A DNA stretch of 64,000 bases from a virus: the IMG/VR virus record IMGVR_UViG_3300006802_012847, positions 1 to 64,000 of that record, one strand, 5' to 3'. How positions within the stretch are numbered: position 1 is the stretch's first letter; each line of letters starts with the position of its first letter. Under the pieces are notes generated by a model, which saw only the letters and a program-made list of their open reading frames with translations, was not told the origin of the DNA and searched no databases. The position numbers and the translations under genes are program-made. Of this stretch, positions 56,809 through 64,000 are shown piece by piece.

Positions 56809-57417
56809 ATGAAAACCGTACTTATTGATGTATTACCATTTGAGTTTAAAAAATCGTCACTTAATGAATCATTGAGTGATGGAAAATTATTAGTAACAGG
56901 CGTATTACAACGTGCTGATCACAAAAATCAAAATGGTAGAGTATACCCAGAAGAAATTTTAAAGCGTGAGTCTGACAAATACATGGACAACTTTGTTAAA
57001 CAACGTAGAGCTATGGGCGAATTAGATCATCCAGAGAGCAGTGTTGTTAATCTTAAAAATGTCAGTCATAATATTGTTGACATGGGTTGGGATGGAAAAG
57101 ACTTAGTTGGTACAGTTGAAATTTTACCAACACCAAGTGGTAACATCTTAAAAGATTTATTAAAGGCTGGTATTTTATTAGGCATAAGTAGTAGAGGATT
57201 AGGTAGTGTTAAAAAAGATATGCATGAAGGTGCAGATGTTGTTCAAGACGACTTTGACTTGATTGCTTTTGATTTTGTAAGTAATCCATCTACACAAGGT
57301 GCGTTTATGTATCCAGGTGGAAAAATAAACGAAGGAATTGTTCCAGTCACAAATAATATTGTTAATCCTTATGCTAATGTAGAAAGAATTATTCACGATA
57401 TTATATCAGAATTATAA
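56809..57417 (+). CDS. gp21: Prohead core protease (gp21-like)
   Basis: NQNGRVYP, AMGELDHP, VSH, GISSRGLGS, FDFVSNPST.GA. Confidence 0.95.
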   Translation: MKTVLIDVLPFEFKKSSLNESLSDGKLLVTGVLQRADHKNQNGRVYPEEILKRESDKYMDNFVKQRRAMGELDHPESSVVNLKNVSHNIVDMGWDGKDLVGTVEILPTPSGNILKDLLKAGILLGISSRGLGSVKKDMHEGADVVQDDFDLIAFDFVSNPSTQGAFMYPGGKINEGIVPVTNNIVNPYANVERIIHDIISEL

Positions 57418-57448
57418 TATTTATTATTAACAATCAATTTAATGTAAT

Positions 57449-57901
57449 ATGATAAAGTTTAAGAAATTAGCTGAAAGTATGTCTCCAGAGGAAGCGTATA
57501 AACCTTTGGCGCAAGAAGAAAAAGTTAAACTCCGTGAGACTGTAAAAGCGTACAACGAATATCGTAATGCTTTGAAAGCGGAAGCTATTTATGCTACTGC
57601 TGCTAAAATCTCAGAAGCAATTAACTTAGCAGAACGTTATGCTTTGCGTGAATGTGGAGAGTGGATGGAGGCAAAGATGGTAGAACGTGATATGAAAGAA
57701 GTAAAAAAACTTTCAAATAAGCTAGTTGAAGAAGCAAACAAAATAAAAGAAGTAGAACACCAATTAGAAATGTTATATGAAGAAATTGGTTTAAAATTAG
57801 AACGTTATTTTGAAATTGCAGATCCAGTTGAAGAAAACTCTGAATTGCCAGGTGCAAGACCTATTGTTCAGACACACCAACAACCTCCATATCAAGACTA
57901 A
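57449..57901 (+). CDS. Hypothetical head-module protein (coiled coil)
   Basis: 150-aa ORF; LYEEIG.KLERYFEI; TATTTAT upstream. Confidence 0.7.
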   Translation: MIKFKKLAESMSPEEAYKPLAQEEKVKLRETVKAYNEYRNALKAEAIYATAAKISEAINLAERYALRECGEWMEAKMVERDMKEVKKLSNKLVEEANKIKEVEHQLEMLYEEIGLKLERYFEIADPVEENSELPGARPIVQTHQQPPYQD

Positions 57902-57923
57902 TACATAACTTTATGTGTGCAAG

Positions 57924-57952
57924 AAAAAGCCCTTCAAAAGAAGGGCTTTTTT
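57924..57952. terminator. Bidirectional terminator between convergent genes
   Basis: AAAAAGCCCTTC/GAAGGGCTTTTT. Confidence 0.9.
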
Positions 57953-57955
57953 GTT

Positions 57956-58309
57956 TTATATATTTAAAGAAGGAGTTGAGTCTATATACTCAAGCATTTT
58001 TTTAAAAGTTTCAAAAACATATTTTCGATTAGTTTCTAATACATAACCTTCATTCGTTTTGTATGCTTTTATATTTACTTTTTTACTATCTTCTTCTAGA
58101 TTTTGAAGTTCGACTTCGCAAGTCATTTCGTCTTCACTGTTTATTATGAATCCCATGTCTCCTAAAGTATCGATTTCGTTAAATTTCCATCCTTTGGGGT
58201 TTTCAATATCAGAAAGATTATATCTAGATTCTTTTACTGAATCTTCGTCTTCATTATCAGCACGATTCAAGAATGCTTTAAATTTTATTGTGTTTGGTTT
58301 ATAGTCCAT
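57956..58309 (-). CDS. Hypothetical protein
   Basis: 117-aa ORF overlapping the upstream minus-strand gene and ending at the bidirectional terminator. Confidence 0.65.
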   Translation of the reverse strand: MDYKPNTIKFKAFLNRADNEDEDSVKESRYNLSDIENPKGWKFNEIDTLGDMGFIINSEDEMTCEVELQNLEEDSKKVNIKAYKTNEGYVLETNRKYVFETFKKMLEYIDSTPSLNI

Positions 58310-58898
58310 ATGCGTTAATTCTATCTATGAAGTCTGATAATACTTTAGTTTTTACTTCATCTTTGTTGTCAAATATACTACTGAGTGCGTATGCGACATT
58401 TTCAACTGATTTATCGTCATCCGCATCTGATCCAACTATTCCTACAAAGCAACCGTAATTATAAAGACCAGGATTTTCATTATTTTTTAATTTCTTAAAT
58501 ACATAAGTCTTTGATGTTCCGTTATTGAAAACATTGGCAGATAATTCATTCGTAGATTTTTTATGAACGAAATTAACTCTACCCATACCACCAAACCCGT
58601 TTTGTTTATTTTGAAAAGATAATAATTCTTTTTTATCAAATGGAACTCCGCCATTTTGACTTAGTACTTGTTTAAGACTTTGATTTGGAACTTCTCTCAT
58701 TTTACTCATACTATACTCATTTTCTTTAAGATTTTTGAGTATTTCTTTGAGTTTAGTAAAATCTTTTACATCACTTGGTTTTATATCTTTTGCCATTTTT
58801 CTTACTTTGGTTGATACCTTTTTTAACGGAATATTACCTGTTTGTACTCCACGTACTAATCTAAACAGTCTTGCTTGTTTTTCGCTTTTTGCAGGCAT
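58299..58898 (-). CDS. Hypothetical protein (MPAKSEKQ..., DUF3008-like N-terminus)
   Basis: 199-aa ORF; minus-strand TATTTAT at 58905-58911. Confidence 0.65.
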   Translation of the reverse strand: MPAKSEKQARLFRLVRGVQTGNIPLKKVSTKVRKMAKDIKPSDVKDFTKLKEILKNLKENEYSMSKMREVPNQSLKQVLSQNGGVPFDKKELLSFQNKQNGFGGMGRVNFVHKKSTNELSANVFNNGTSKTYVFKKLKNNENPGLYNYGCFVGIVGSDADDDKSVENVAYALSSIFDNKDEVKTKVLSDFIDRINAYGL

Positions 58899-59048
58899 AT
58901 ACCAATAAATATAATTTTTTTTTGCATTTTTAGAATTTTAATTATATTTATTTTAAAATACACCAATTGTTTGGTGTCTACTGCAATTTAACTTCTTTGG
59001 AGTTCTCCAATAACTTCACGACAAAAAATAAGAAAGGATAATTATATC

Positions 59049-60122
59049 ATGAGCGATCTATTAAAGGAAAGCATCGCAGACGCAAAAGCTGTTCGTGAAA
59101 CTGCTATTGCTAATGCTAAAACCTTTCTTGAGGAAAACTTTGCAAAGAGCATGAAAGAAATGTTTGCTGAGAAACTCAAGGAAGAATCAGAACAACAAGA
59201 GGAATCTGTTGAACCTACCACTGAGGTAGACGAAAACTTAGATTCTTCTGGTATCGGTAAAGATAGTGGTAACACTGTCTCAAGTCAACGTCCAGTCGAA
59301 CCATCTACTGCTGCAAGCAAGAATACGGTTCCAGCTGGAAAACAAGAATTTGATGCTGCTCTTGAAGAGAGCGAAGAAATTACTAGCGAAGAGTTAGATG
59401 AAATTCTTGCTGAACTAGAAGGTCAAGAAACTGTAGCCGAAACAGCACCAATCGCTGAAGAGGAAGAAGTTGAAGCCGAAGAGGAAGAAGAAATCAACTT
59501 AGAAGCATTAATCGCTGAACTAGAAGCTGAAACTAACGAAGGACATGGTATGGCACATGATGTTGCTGCTATCAGAGACGACGAAGATCAGATTTCTAAA
59601 TTAGCAAAAGATGCTGGTGAAGATGCCGCTGATATCAGCAGTGAAGAAATTGCGGAAGATGGCGATGGATCTGAACCAAGTATCGATGAGATGGCTGATG
59701 CTCTTCTCGCTATTAATGAAGAAAATGAACAATTGAAAAAAGAACTAAGTGAACACCAAGAAACCGTTAAGTACTTGAAGGGTGTATTGGAAGAAACTAA
59801 TCTTTTGAATGCTAAATTGCTTTTCACCAACAAATTGTTCAAAGGAAAGAATTTAACTGAGAGTCAAAAACTCAAGGTTATCAATACGTTTGATTTAACC
59901 AAAACATTACGTGAGATTAAATTAGCGTATACCGTTTTAGCCGAATCATTTAATGCCGGTGGATCGGTTGCCAAGAAAAAAACTAATGCAACTGTCTCAA
60001 CTATCACCGAAGGTTTGGCAAGCAAACCAGTATCCAGTACAAAGCCTGAAGCTAACATTGTAGAGCCTCAAGCTGATGACATGGCCTCTCGATTCCAAAA
60101 ACTCGCTGGAATTGTAAGGTAA
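59049..60122 (+). CDS. gp22: Prohead scaffolding protein (gp22-like)
   Basis: Acidic; LLKESIADAKAVRETAIANAK, NLLNAKLLFTNKLF, RFQKLAGI; directly upstream of MCP. Confidence 0.8.
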   Translation: MSDLLKESIADAKAVRETAIANAKTFLEENFAKSMKEMFAEKLKEESEQQEESVEPTTEVDENLDSSGIGKDSGNTVSSQRPVEPSTAASKNTVPAGKQEFDAALEESEEITSEELDEILAELEGQETVAETAPIAEEEEVEAEEEEEINLEALIAELEAETNEGHGMAHDVAAIRDDEDQISKLAKDAGEDAADISSEEIAEDGDGSEPSIDEMADALLAINEENEQLKKELSEHQETVKYLKGVLEETNLLNAKLLFTNKLFKGKNLTESQKLKVINTFDLTKTLREIKLAYTVLAESFNAGGSVAKKKTNATVSTITEGLASKPVSSTKPEANIVEPQADDMASRFQKLAGIVR

Positions 60123-60169
60123 TTTAGTTTGCGAGTAAAACCAAAAAAATAATAGATAGGAGAAATAAT

Positions 60170-61909
60170 ATGGACGTAAAGAGTCTACTAACAAATAATA
60201 TGAATCCACAGGCTAAGTTAATGCAAGAAACCCGTGGACTACAAAGCAAGTGGGACAAGACTGGTCTTCTTGAAGGTATAAATGGTGTTGAAAAAGCACA
60301 CATGTCCATCCTTTTGGAAAACCAAGCTAAACAATTGTTGGACGAAGCTTCAACAACTGGTACTTCCGCTAATAGTGAACAATGGGCAGGCGTTGCTCTT
60401 CCATTAGTAAGACGTGTATTTGCTGAGATCGCAGCTAAGGAATTCGTATCGGTTCAACCAATGAATCTTCCTTCTGGTCTTATCTTCTACTTGGACTTCA
60501 AATATGGAAACAATGGTCTAGGTCATACAGCTGGTGATAGCTTATTCGGTGGTAACCAAAAGAAATTAGGTTCTACAGACGAAGCTGTTAAAGGTTTGTA
60601 TGGTCAAGGTAGTTTTGCTTATTCTGAAAGAAGTGCTAGCAGTAATAACGGGGCTGTTACAAATGGTCTCTGGACTGTTGCTTCTGCTTCTTTAAGTGAA
60701 ACCCAATTCGCATTGTTAAATACAGGTTCTAATGGTTTTGTTAAGGGTGTATTTAAATTGACAATTAATGTTGATGAAAATACACAAGCCACAGCAACTG
60801 CTGCTAATGGATATATGTACAACGTTGACTTAAACGCTGTACGTTCTTTCCAAGCCAAGAAAGCCAATGCTACTAATTACACAATGTTAAACACTTACGC
60901 CTATGCTGATAACACAGGTAGTTTGGCTAACCCATACTATCGTGTACACTTGTTCGTAAGTCAATCTAGCGCAGTTGCAGCTCCAACAGTATCTGGATCT
61001 GTTATTTACACGATCCAACCAACTGATGATGCTCGCGGTGACTTCGAAGATGGTAAGACTGCTGGTGAAGGTTCTGGTAATTCTGCATTTACTGAAACCC
61101 AAGCTATTGGTATTGACATTAACATCCCAGAAGTTAACTTGGAACTCAAGAGTGAACCAATCGTTGCTAAAACTCGTAAGTTGAAAGCAGTCTGGACCCC
61201 AGAACTTGCTCAAGACTTAAATGCTTATCACAGCATTGACGCAGAAGCAGAATTAACTGCTCTCTTGTCTGAGTATGTATCGATGGAAATCGACCTTGAA
61301 ATCCTCGACATGCTAAATGAGTCTGTTCTTGGTAGCACAACCGAAGCTTGGTCTGCCCAAATCGGTACTGAATACACCAAGAGCGTAAACGCTACAACTG
61401 GAAGAGCTAGTTTCACAAGAAACATCGACGCTTCTCCAAATCGTACCGCTTATGTCAAATCTACTTGGTTCCAAACTCTTGGTAACAAGATCCAAAAGGT
61501 ATCCAATAAGATTCATCAATTGACATTACGTGGTGGTGCTAACTTCTTGGTATGTTCACCAGACGTTGCAACAATCCTTGAATCTATTCCAGGCTATGTT
61601 GTTAACACGGATGGCGATCAAGCTAAGTTCGCAATGGGTGTAAGCCGTGTAGGTAGCTTCGCAAGTAGATTCCAAGTTTACAAGAACCCATACATGACCG
61701 ACAATGCAATTCTTGTTGGTTTCCGTGGTTCTAACTTCTTGGAAACTGGTGCGGTATATGCTCCATACATTCCGCTCATCCAAACTCCATTGGTATACGA
61801 TCCAACAAACTTCACACCACGTAGAGGTGTTATGACCCGCTACGCTAAGAAGGTTGTTCGTCCTGAGTTCTACGGTAAGGTTCTTATCTCTGATCTCGAC
61901 ACCGTATAG
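60170..61909 (+). CDS. gp23: Major capsid protein (gp23-like)
   Basis: LLENQ, LPLVRRVF, VSVQPM..PSGLIF, AKTRKLKA.WT.ELAQDL.AYH..DAEAEL, YAPYIPL, FTPRRGVMTRY; AGGAG RBS. Confidence 0.97.
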   Translation: MDVKSLLTNNMNPQAKLMQETRGLQSKWDKTGLLEGINGVEKAHMSILLENQAKQLLDEASTTGTSANSEQWAGVALPLVRRVFAEIAAKEFVSVQPMNLPSGLIFYLDFKYGNNGLGHTAGDSLFGGNQKKLGSTDEAVKGLYGQGSFAYSERSASSNNGAVTNGLWTVASASLSETQFALLNTGSNGFVKGVFKLTINVDENTQATATAANGYMYNVDLNAVRSFQAKKANATNYTMLNTYAYADNTGSLANPYYRVHLFVSQSSAVAAPTVSGSVIYTIQPTDDARGDFEDGKTAGEGSGNSAFTETQAIGIDINIPEVNLELKSEPIVAKTRKLKAVWTPELAQDLNAYHSIDAEAELTALLSEYVSMEIDLEILDMLNESVLGSTTEAWSAQIGTEYTKSVNATTGRASFTRNIDASPNRTAYVKSTWFQTLGNKIQKVSNKIHQLTLRGGANFLVCSPDVATILESIPGYVVNTDGDQAKFAMGVSRVGSFASRFQVYKNPYMTDNAILVGFRGSNFLETGAVYAPYIPLIQTPLVYDPTNFTPRRGVMTRYAKKVVRPEFYGKVLISDLDTV

Positions 61910-61932
61910 TCTATGGTTTAAGGGTAATATTC

Positions 61933-61963
61933 AAGGCTCGGCTCAAAAGGCCGAGCCTTTTTT
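61933..61963 (+). terminator. Rho-independent terminator
   Basis: AAGGCTCGGC/GCCGAGCCTT plus T tract after MCP. Confidence 0.9.
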
Positions 61964-61995
61964 GTTTTTTGATTTGAAGGCGCATATATATTCAT

Positions 61996-62364
61996 ATGAA
62001 CAGATTTGAACAAACAGTATTATTAAAACACGCGGGCGGTATTACAGCACAATGGTTAAATTCGTTTTCCAATCAAGTGGCTATTTGTACCTATTCACCT
62101 AAAGACAATGGAAAATATTCTTTAGATTATGTATCGAGTCCATGGACCGGAATTAATAAACACGATACAGATGATTCATCTCAGTGGGAGTTAACTATCA
62201 TACCAGGTTATGAGAAAGAAAGAGAACAAATTGCTTCGGAAGCGATGTTGATTTTAACGTGTTTAAATGCTAGTGTTGGTGGAGAAAGAGCTTTACAATC
62301 AATCTGGAATGCTCCTACAATTGGTTTTGATTGGCCTGAACACCACGAAGAGTCAGGAGAATAA
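61996..62364 (+). CDS. Hypothetical protein
   Basis: 122-aa ORF with ATG, filling the gap between MCP and the Mom-like gene. Confidence 0.6.
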   Translation: MNRFEQTVLLKHAGGITAQWLNSFSNQVAICTYSPKDNGKYSLDYVSSPWTGINKHDTDDSSQWELTIIPGYEKEREQIASEAMLILTCLNASVGGERALQSIWNAPTIGFDWPEHHEESGE

Positions 62365-62370
62365 TTTTAG

Positions 62371-63147
62371 TTAAAAAAACGTATTAGTTGATTCTACGAG
62401 TATTTCATAAACTTCTTCTTTAAACGATGTATTTTTCGGATAAGGGAGAAGTTTATGTTTTAATGACTTAGTAAGTTTTTTGTTTTCAATTTTATTGCTT
62501 ATAAATTTAATGTAACGATGCTTACCACTTTCACGTTTTCTCCAAAAAGTTTTTCCAATTCTTTCTTTTAGTTTGTCTACACTGTGCGTTTTCCATCTAG
62601 CATACACACTTCTACTATGTATCCATTCATAACTTGGAGGACCAATTAAACTAACACTATAATTTGGCATTAGAGCTACATCTACATAATTATCTCCTTG
62701 ATATAAAAATCCAGTTGCTTGATATATAGTTCCAGTGTGACCTGCTTCACTATCAGCGTAACTTAGAATACATTTAATTCTTGGAAATTCTATATTCAAT
62801 TGTCTGAAACTTTCTGCTATACAAAAACTCTCCATATTTTTTCCATATCCATCTTCTATCCATAAACGTGTCAATTCAAACACGTTTTCGTTTTTTAAAA
62901 GAGGACTTATACTGGTACTTGCATTTCTTCCAACTGCATTTCCATAAACCATCACACCAATTAATTTGTATTCATCGGTATTGAAAAAATCATTATTGAT
63001 GTCATCTTTATAATAAACTCCGTATGCTACAGTGCAACTTGTCCATTTATGTGAATAATGATGTTTTTCAATCAAATTTCGTGCTACGGACTTATTGATA
63101 GATTTCAAATGAATTAAATTTGTATCACAATATTCAGAGTTTTTCAC
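62371..63147 (-). CDS. Mom-family (GNAT-fold) DNA adenine-modification enzyme
   Basis: HHYSH, LIGV..YG, ELTRLW...KN.ES.., SYADSEAGHTGTIYQATGF.Y.G, K.RYI.F; GTG start. Confidence 0.8.
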   Translation of the reverse strand: MKNSEYCDTNLIHLKSINKSVARNLIEKHHYSHKWTSCTVAYGVYYKDDINNDFFNTDEYKLIGVMVYGNAVGRNASTSISPLLKNENVFELTRLWIEDGYGKNMESFCIAESFRQLNIEFPRIKCILSYADSEAGHTGTIYQATGFLYQGDNYVDVALMPNYSVSLIGPPSYEWIHSRSVYARWKTHSVDKLKERIGKTFWRKRESGKHRYIKFISNKIENKKLTKSLKHKLLPYPKNTSFKEEVYEILVESTNTFF

Positions 63148-63214
63148 AATTTAAGTCTAAATGATACAGAATATTTGTCAATTTATTATAATTCTATATT
63201 GTATTTATATTTGT

Positions 63215-63652
63215 ATGATTCCAGTCGAACTAATTTCTATGGCCGCGGGTAGTATAACAGGCTTTATATTTAAATATGCAGCACAACGTGCAAAGGAAAG
63301 GCACGATAACTTTCAATTAGCTTTACAAGGTATAGAAGCACTTGATAAATCTAGAAATGCAGCTGTTGACCGCGTTTCTATTGATGCTGGTAAATGGGTT
63401 AGGAGACTTATAGTTGTTAGCACGTTATTCGGCGTGATAATTGCTCCATTCGTTTTATCATTATTAAACGAACCTATTTATGTTCAAGTGGATTCAGCCG
63501 CACGTACGTGGTTTTTTGGATTATTTGGTGGTAGTCCAGAAACATATTTTGTTCGAATAGATGGTTATTTAATGATCCCAGAAGTCAGACAGACATTAAC
63601 TGCTATTGTTGGTTTTTATTTTGGGAGTTCAACTGTTTCTTCCACTAAGTAA
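63215..63652 (+). CDS. Holin-like membrane protein
   Basis: Hydrophobic segments; WVRR.I and AIVGFYFG end; ATG at 63215 lies 5 nt after TATTTATA. Confidence 0.55.
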   Translation: MIPVELISMAAGSITGFIFKYAAQRAKERHDNFQLALQGIEALDKSRNAAVDRVSIDAGKWVRRLIVVSTLFGVIIAPFVLSLLNEPIYVQVDSAARTWFFGLFGGSPETYFVRIDGYLMIPEVRQTLTAIVGFYFGSSTVSSTK

Positions 63653-63655
63653 ACT

Positions 63656-64000
63656 ATGAAAAATTTTGTTATATTTATATTAATTTTCTTAACCAGTTGT
63701 TCATCGGGTGGAGGTTTTGGTAGTGTATTTTTAAACAAAAAAAACTTAGTTAAAGATCCAGATGTTCCATATGTTTTACGTTTGAAAAGTGACGTTATTG
63801 AATCGAATCAATTAAAATCTGATTTGGAGTCATCTGTTAAACCAATTGAAAAAACGAATGAAAAAAAAGTTTTAGTGTTTAGTCCATCACAAAATTCTGT
63901 AATTAGCATTCCCCTCAAATCTGATAAGAAAGAATATTTGCAAGAGGACAAAAAAGCAGAAAGAGATGAACGTATATTTGTTGAAGATAAAAATGTTAAT
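63656..64000 (+). CDS. Putative lipoprotein (3'-truncated; not in ORF track)
   Basis: MKNFVIFILIFLTS-C lipobox; frame stays open to the end of the window. Confidence 0.65.
   Translation, partial: MKNFVIFILIFLTSCSSGGGFGSVFLNKKNLVKDPDVPYVLRLKSDVIESNQLKSDLESSVKPIEKTNEKKVLVFSPSQNSVISIPLKSDKKEYLQEDKKAERDERIFVEDKNVN

Noticed and set aside
4236-61783. Many short overlapping ORFs in the track (e.g. 4236-4718, 40533-41060, 47959-48381, 60887-61213)
   Set aside because: Nested within or antisense to well-supported genes, with no recognisable motifs.
63161-63214. Track starts at 63161, 5315, 4096 and 37237
   Set aside because: Downstream ATGs (63215, 5321, 4132/4144, 37243) fit the promoter motif or gene packing better.
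1-64000. Genome-wide TAG-to-Gln recoding (code 15), suggested by the amber codon in sbcCD
   Set aside because: Very long ORFs (1501, 1325, 1043 aa) have no internal TAG, and TAG ends MCP (61909) and the genes ending at 21836 and 56801.
1-64000. tRNA/rRNA genes or group I/II introns
   Set aside because: Intergenic gaps are short and AT-rich; no cloverleaf or intron core seen by eye. tRNAscan/Infernal would be needed to exclude them fully.

Overview
An AT-rich 64 kb segment of a large T4-like myophage genome, read in the standard genetic code and almost entirely on the + strand. In order it holds: tail-fibre-like genes; Hsp20; a membrane protein with a repeat tail; a gp55-like late sigma factor; and a baseplate module (gp5-like spike, Gly-rich protein, gp25, gp6, large wedge proteins). 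Next is a ~10.4 kb glycan-modification island (tandem GT60/Gnt1-like transferase, three GT-B-like paralogues, NodU/CmcH carbamoyltransferase, 4-domain methyl/glycosyltransferase). Then come RuvC, primase, an SbcD-SbcC fusion, tail sheath, a free-standing endonuclease, TerL, portal, prohead protease, scaffold, major capsid protein, a Mom-like DNA-modification enzyme and a holin-like/lipoprotein pair. Highlights: (1) The glycosylation island sits between the N- and C-halves of an apparently split structural gene, whose N-half ends in a mucin-like S/T/P tract. This is a candidate phage-encoded mucin-type virion O-glycosylation system. (2) TerL is split into two genes joined by an atypically split intein (37 aa + 111 aa). 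(3) The portal carries an HNH/NUMOD3 intein. (4) There are two reading-frame anomalies: an A10 slip site and a lone in-frame TAG in sbcCD. (5) A recurring TATTTAT motif lies upstream of many genes. All family assignments come from reading motifs by eye; no database search was run.
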